DNA of 61,576 nucleotides, counting the filler, from Deltaproteobacteria bacterium (lineage in GTDB: Bacteria; JAUYMQ01), in NCBI GenBank assembly GCA_030698575.1. It is 8 parts of 8 records of this genome, joined end to end, with 100 filler letters (N's around TTAATTAATTAA, not from the genome) between each part and the next. Parts side by side here need not be neighbours in the genome. Positions count along the whole stretch, not along the records: positions 56,877 to 61,576 come from JAUYMQ010000460.1; 7 more parts are not named here. One strand, given 5' to 3'. Below the pieces are notes generated by a model that had not been told where the DNA came from, ran no database searches, and was given only the letters and a program-made list of their open reading frames with translations. Position 1 is the first letter of the stretch, and each line of letters begins with the position of its first letter. Made by a program: the position numbers and the translations under genes. Below are positions 57,666 through 61,576 of the stretch, in pieces.

Positions 57666-58748
57666 TCAGGGACGACGGGCGGCGGCCAGCGCGAAGAGGA
57701 ATTCCGCCATGGCGCCGAAGCCGGCGAAGCGCTCGTCCTTCGTCTGGCCGATGTGGTAACGGTGGTAGATCTGCTGGAGCACGACCCCCACCTTGAAGGT
57801 CCCGAATACCAGGTAGTAGGGGAGGATGGCCAGTTTGCGACCGCTGCGATCGGCGTAGCGCTGTGCCGCCTCCTCCCTCGACATGAACCCGGGCGTCTGC
57901 GTGGGCATCGGCGCCGAGCCGCCGAACTCCTCGTCGCGGTTGACCCAGAGGCACAGCACCGTGCCGAGATCGGTCAGGGGGTCGCCCAGCGTGCACATGT
58001 CCCAGTCGTAGACGGCGACGCACTTTCCGGGATCGTCGGCCGCGACGGCCATATTGTCGAGACGCCAGTCGTTGTGCAGGAGTGATGGGGCGGGCGATGC
58101 GGGCAGGTGTTCGAGCAGCCACCTGGAAAGCTCGATCGCCAGCGGCGCTTCGCTCGTCTTCGAGCGCTCGTAGCGCTCCGTCCACCCCTCGACCTGGCGC
58201 CGCAGAAATCCCTCCGGCTTTCCGATGTCCTGCAGATCGCACGCAGCGGGATCGACGGCATGAAACTCCGCGAGCGTGTCGATGACAACCTCCGAGAGCT
58301 TCCGGTTCGCGACGGGATCCTTGCCGCCACCCAGTTCGGGCGGGACTTCACGGCGAACGACGACGCCGTGCCGCCGCTCCATGACGAAGAAGGGGGCGCC
58401 GATAATGGCCGGGTCGTCACAGTGGAGGAAGGCGCGCGGCGCGGGAGGGAAAACGCGGTAGAGGCGGGAGAGCGCCTGGTACTCCCTCCCCATGTCGTGG
58501 GCCGACTTGGCGACAGGGCCGATGGGCGGGCGCCGGAGCACGTACTCGATCGCGCTCGCCCCTTCACCGAATGTCAGCAGATAGGTCAGGTTCGCGTGGC
58601 CGCCACCGAACTGGCGCAGGGCCGGCGGCGCGCCGGAACCCTCGAGCTTTCCGCGCAGGTACGCCCCGAGTTTCTCCGCGTTGATCTCCTCGCCCTCACG
58701 GACGTCAATCAGCTTGTCTGATTCCTCGAGCAGTTTCTCTTCCGTCAT
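57666..58748 (-). CDS. APH-like phosphotransferase (ACAD10/11 kinase-domain family)
   Basis: GGHANLT, VLRRPP, AHDMGRE, HNDWRLDN, DWDMCTLGDP. Confidence 0.93.
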   Translation of the reverse strand: MTEEKLLEESDKLIDVREGEEINAEKLGAYLRGKLEGSGAPPALRQFGGGHANLTYLLTFGEGASAIEYVLRRPPIGPVAKSAHDMGREYQALSRLYRVFPPAPRAFLHCDDPAIIGAPFFVMERRHGVVVRREVPPELGGGKDPVANRKLSEVVIDTLAEFHAVDPAACDLQDIGKPEGFLRRQVEGWTERYERSKTSEAPLAIELSRWLLEHLPASPAPSLLHNDWRLDNMAVAADDPGKCVAVYDWDMCTLGDPLTDLGTVLCLWVNRDEEFGGSAPMPTQTPGFMSREEAAQRYADRSGRKLAILPYYLVFGTFKVGVVLQQIYHRYHIGQTKDERFAGFGAMAEFLFALAAARRP

Positions 58749-58821
58749 GAATTCCGTCCTGAAGCGCGCTTAGTGACGCGCGCCCGGGTCATCGACCAAT
58801 TCTCGGGCTATGAGTTTTACC

Positions 58822-58954
58822 TGTCAATGCGAGGAGGGCGCAAGCCCGACGAAGCAATCGCCCGGCACATGCCACTTCTTGTACGACCCGCGCGACGGGG
58901 AAGGGAGCGTGCACGCAGGGGATTGCTTCGTCGCTGTCGCTCCTCGCAATGACA
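58822..58954. repeat. REP/MITE-like element, same family as 46397 and 61419
   Basis: TGTCAATGCGAGGAG...GACGAAGCAATC-spacer-GATTGCTTCGTC...CTCCTCGCAATGACA. Confidence 0.9.
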
Positions 58955-58983
58955 TCCGAGAAGCGCTGTGTCGACCCGCACGG

Positions 58984-60138
58984 TCAGAAGCGGGCGAGCC
59001 GGGCGATGCGATCCCTGTGAAACCCGGCGTCGCCGAAGTCGGCCGCGTTCGCGAGCGCCCGCTTGTAGTACAGATGCATGTCGTGCTCCCAGGTGAAGCC
59101 GATGCCGCCATGCATCTCGACGGCCGTGCGCGACACCGCCCGGAAGGCATCGGCGCAGTAGGATTTGGCCATCGACGCGGCCATGGGAGCCTCGCGCGGC
59201 CGGGCATCGAAGGCCCAGGCCGCGTGCCAGACCAGCGCCCGCGCCGGCTCGAGCCTGGCGGCGGCCTCGGCCGCCATGTGCTGCACCGCCTGGAAGGTTC
59301 CGACGGGGCGCCCGAACTGCTCGCGCACCTTCACGTACTCGACGGCCAGCTCGAGAGCGCGCTCGGCGGCACCGACGCTCTCGGCCGAGACTGCGATGGC
59401 GCAGGCGTCGAGCGCCCGCGCGAGCGCGCGCCCCGATCCCTTCCCGCGCCCGGCCAGCCTTTCCGCAGCGCCGGCGGTGACGTTCCGGAACCGCACCTCG
59501 CAGGGGCGCCTGGTCTCATCCACCGACACGAGGGGCTGCACGCCGAGCCCGCGGGAGGGGGCGGGAACGGCGAACAGCTCCACGCCGGCGAAGTCGTCGC
59601 CGTTCTTCTTCGCCGCCGCTGTCCGGAAGGCCGCGAGCACGAGATCGGCGACCTGGGCCCCCTCTGCGAAGATCTTCGTTCCGTCGAGCGCGTGAGCGCC
59701 GCCGCGGCGCTTCGCCCGGGCTTCGACGCCCGCTCCGTCGTATCGCCCCTCCGGCGCCTCGGCCACCGCCAGCGTGGCGATCGCTTCGCCGCTCGCCAGC
59801 CGGGGGAGCCAGGTTGCCTGCTGCGCGGCGGAGCCGCCTTCGCGAAGCGCTGTCACCGCGCCGATCGACGAGACAAGATAGGACCCTTGCGCGAGCGCCC
59901 GTCCCATCTCGCCCATGAGAACCGCCGCGTCGAGCAGCCCGAGCCCGGCGCCCCCATGCGCCTCCGGGACGAGGACGCCGAGCCAGCCCGCCTCGGCGAA
60001 GGTCTTCCAGAGCGCCGGGTCGTGGCCGGCCGGGCTCTCCATGGTTCGGCGCACGCGGGTGGTGGGGCATTCGCGGGCCAGCAGCGCGCGAGCCGAGTCG
60101 CGCAGCTGCTCCTGTTCGGCTGAAAGAGCGAAGTCCAT
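58984..60138 (-). CDS. Acyl-CoA dehydrogenase (short, beta-subunit-like)
   Basis: MDFALSAEQEQL, REQFGRPVGTFQAVQH, HGGIGFTWEHDMHLYYKRA. Confidence 0.93.
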   Translation of the reverse strand: MDFALSAEQEQLRDSARALLARECPTTRVRRTMESPAGHDPALWKTFAEAGWLGVLVPEAHGGAGLGLLDAAVLMGEMGRALAQGSYLVSSIGAVTALREGGSAAQQATWLPRLASGEAIATLAVAEAPEGRYDGAGVEARAKRRGGAHALDGTKIFAEGAQVADLVLAAFRTAAAKKNGDDFAGVELFAVPAPSRGLGVQPLVSVDETRRPCEVRFRNVTAGAAERLAGRGKGSGRALARALDACAIAVSAESVGAAERALELAVEYVKVREQFGRPVGTFQAVQHMAAEAAARLEPARALVWHAAWAFDARPREAPMAASMAKSYCADAFRAVSRTAVEMHGGIGFTWEHDMHLYYKRALANAADFGDAGFHRDRIARLARF

Positions 60139-60145
60139 TGCGCCC

Positions 60146-61336
60146 TCAGTTCGCCCGCGGGAGCCCGAGCCCCCGCTGCGCGATGATGTTCTTCTGAATC
60201 TGCGACGTGCCGCCCCCGATGATCATCCCGAGCGAGAACATCAGCTCATAGGGCCAGAAGCCGTCGTCCACGAGGTGCTTCGATCCGCGGTAGAGCGATC
60301 CGTAGGGGCCGAGCAGCTCCAGGACCGCCTCCGCCAGCCGGTGGTTCAGCGACGTGATGTTGAGCTTGGTGATCGAGGCCTCGACCCCCGGCTCTTTCCC
60401 GCGCATCGCCTCGGTGAGGTTGCGGTAGAAGTTGAGGCGCATGGCCTCGACCTCGGTCTTGAGCGCGGCGAGCTGCTGGCGCGTCACCGGATCCTCGGTG
60501 GCGCGCCGTCCGTTCTTGCGCCTGGCGCGGGCAATTCGAAGAAGGCCATCGAAGAGGTTAGCCGAATGCGTCGGGGATCCGAGCATGTTTCGCTCGTGCT
60601 GCAGGGTCGTGTTCGCCACCCACCAGCCGTGGTTCGGCTCGCCCACGATGTTCGAGGCCGGCACGCGCACGTTGTCGAGGAACACCTCGTTGAATTGCGC
60701 GTCTTTCGTCATCTGCACGAGCGGCCGCACGGTGATGCCGGGCGTCTTCATGTCGATCAGGATATAGCTGATCCCCCGGTGCTTCGGCGCTTCGGGATCC
60801 GTGCGAACGAGGCAGAACATCCAGTCGGCGAAGTGCGCGTTGCTCGTCCAGATCTTCTGGCCGTTGACCACGTAGTGATCGCCGTCGAGCACGGCGCGCG
60901 TCTGGAGCGCCGCCAGATCGCTTCCGGCGCCGGGTTCGGAGTAACCCTGGCACCAGATCTCTTCCGCCGTCAGGATCTTCGGCAGGTAGCGCTTCTTCTG
61001 CGCCTCGGTGCCCCACTGGATGAGTGTGGGGCCGACCATCTGCACGCTCAGAATGCCGATGATGCCCGGCGCGCCGTGGCGGGACAGCTCCTCGCCAAGA
61101 ATCACCTGCTGCATGAGCGACGCGCCCCGCCCACCGAACTCGCGGGGCCAGCCGATGCCGACGTAGCCCGCATCGTGGAGCTTCCGCTGCCATGCGCGCT
61201 GCCCTTCCACCGTTCCCTCGGCGCCCGGCTCGAGCGTGCGAGGCTTTGAAGTCGCCCGCTTCTTCACGTTCCGCGCGAGCCACTTTCTGAGTTCATCGCG
61301 AAATGCGCGGTCGTCGGGGGCAAGCTCCAGATCCAT
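60146..61336 (-). CDS. Acyl-CoA dehydrogenase (FadE-type)
   Basis: WCQGYSEPGAGSDLA, NGQKIWTS, FNEVFLD, IGGGTSQIQKNIIA. Confidence 0.95.
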   Translation of the reverse strand: MDLELAPDDRAFRDELRKWLARNVKKRATSKPRTLEPGAEGTVEGQRAWQRKLHDAGYVGIGWPREFGGRGASLMQQVILGEELSRHGAPGIIGILSVQMVGPTLIQWGTEAQKKRYLPKILTAEEIWCQGYSEPGAGSDLAALQTRAVLDGDHYVVNGQKIWTSNAHFADWMFCLVRTDPEAPKHRGISYILIDMKTPGITVRPLVQMTKDAQFNEVFLDNVRVPASNIVGEPNHGWWVANTTLQHERNMLGSPTHSANLFDGLLRIARARRKNGRRATEDPVTRQQLAALKTEVEAMRLNFYRNLTEAMRGKEPGVEASITKLNITSLNHRLAEAVLELLGPYGSLYRGSKHLVDDGFWPYELMFSLGMIIGGGTSQIQKNIIAQRGLGLPRAN

Positions 61337-61418
61337 CGCTTTCTCCTAACTTACCAGCAGCAATTCAAGTGGGGGGTCTTGGGTGATTCAACTCATCACG
61401 AACGGCGCTTCTTTCGCA

Positions 61419-61550
61419 TGTCATTGCGAGGAGGGCCGCAGGCCCGACGAAGCAATCCCCTGGCAAGTGCCATCTCGGATACGGCCCCCGGCGTCTTGGC
61501 GAGCGAGCACGCGGGGGATTGCTTCGTCGCTAGCGCTCCTCGCAATGACA
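61419..61550. repeat. REP/MITE-like element
   Basis: TGTCATTGCGAGGAG...GACGAAGCAATCCCC-spacer-GGGGATTGCTTCGTC...CTCCTCGCAATGACA. Confidence 0.92.
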
Positions 61551-61576
61551 GGTTGCAGGCGGCGTCGCGAAGCGGA

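Overview
High-GC bacterial draft sequence, most consistent with a deltaproteobacterium-like (Myxococcota/Desulfobacterota-type) MAG; the taxonomy is an inference from gene content. Eight contigs are joined by seven artificial 100-bp N/TTAATTAATTAA/N linkers (8755-8854, 12107-12206, 41996-42095, 44975-45074, 50744-50843, 53685-53784, 56777-56876), so adjacency across linkers means nothing. Most of the window is housekeeping or catabolic: SSS transporter, NtrC-type regulator, RNase D, F420 reductase, CoA-transferase, xseA-xseB-ispA-dxs-tlyA, DEAD helicase, thiolase/DUF35, GGT, murI-ftsEX-envC-ctpA, glycosyltransferases, menD-menB-menA and paired acyl-CoA dehydrogenases. Highlights: (i) a riboswitch/attenuator-like leader ahead of a secreted beta-propeller + half-TolC-like protein and a lamin-tail PEP-CTERM protein (36432-38960); (ii) a phage late-region contig with a Q-like antiterminator, promoter and terminators, an atypical CAT tRNA, a candidate ~280-nt structured RNA and terminase genes (42096-44974); (iii) a mosaic of scrambled sugar-aminotransferase fragments and toxin-antitoxin pairs with broken toxins (50844-53684); (iv) a REP/MITE-like family, including a 36-bp tandem amplification; (v) a lipoprotein made of six-Cys repeat modules. 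All calls come from reading the sequence; no database searches or folding programs were run.
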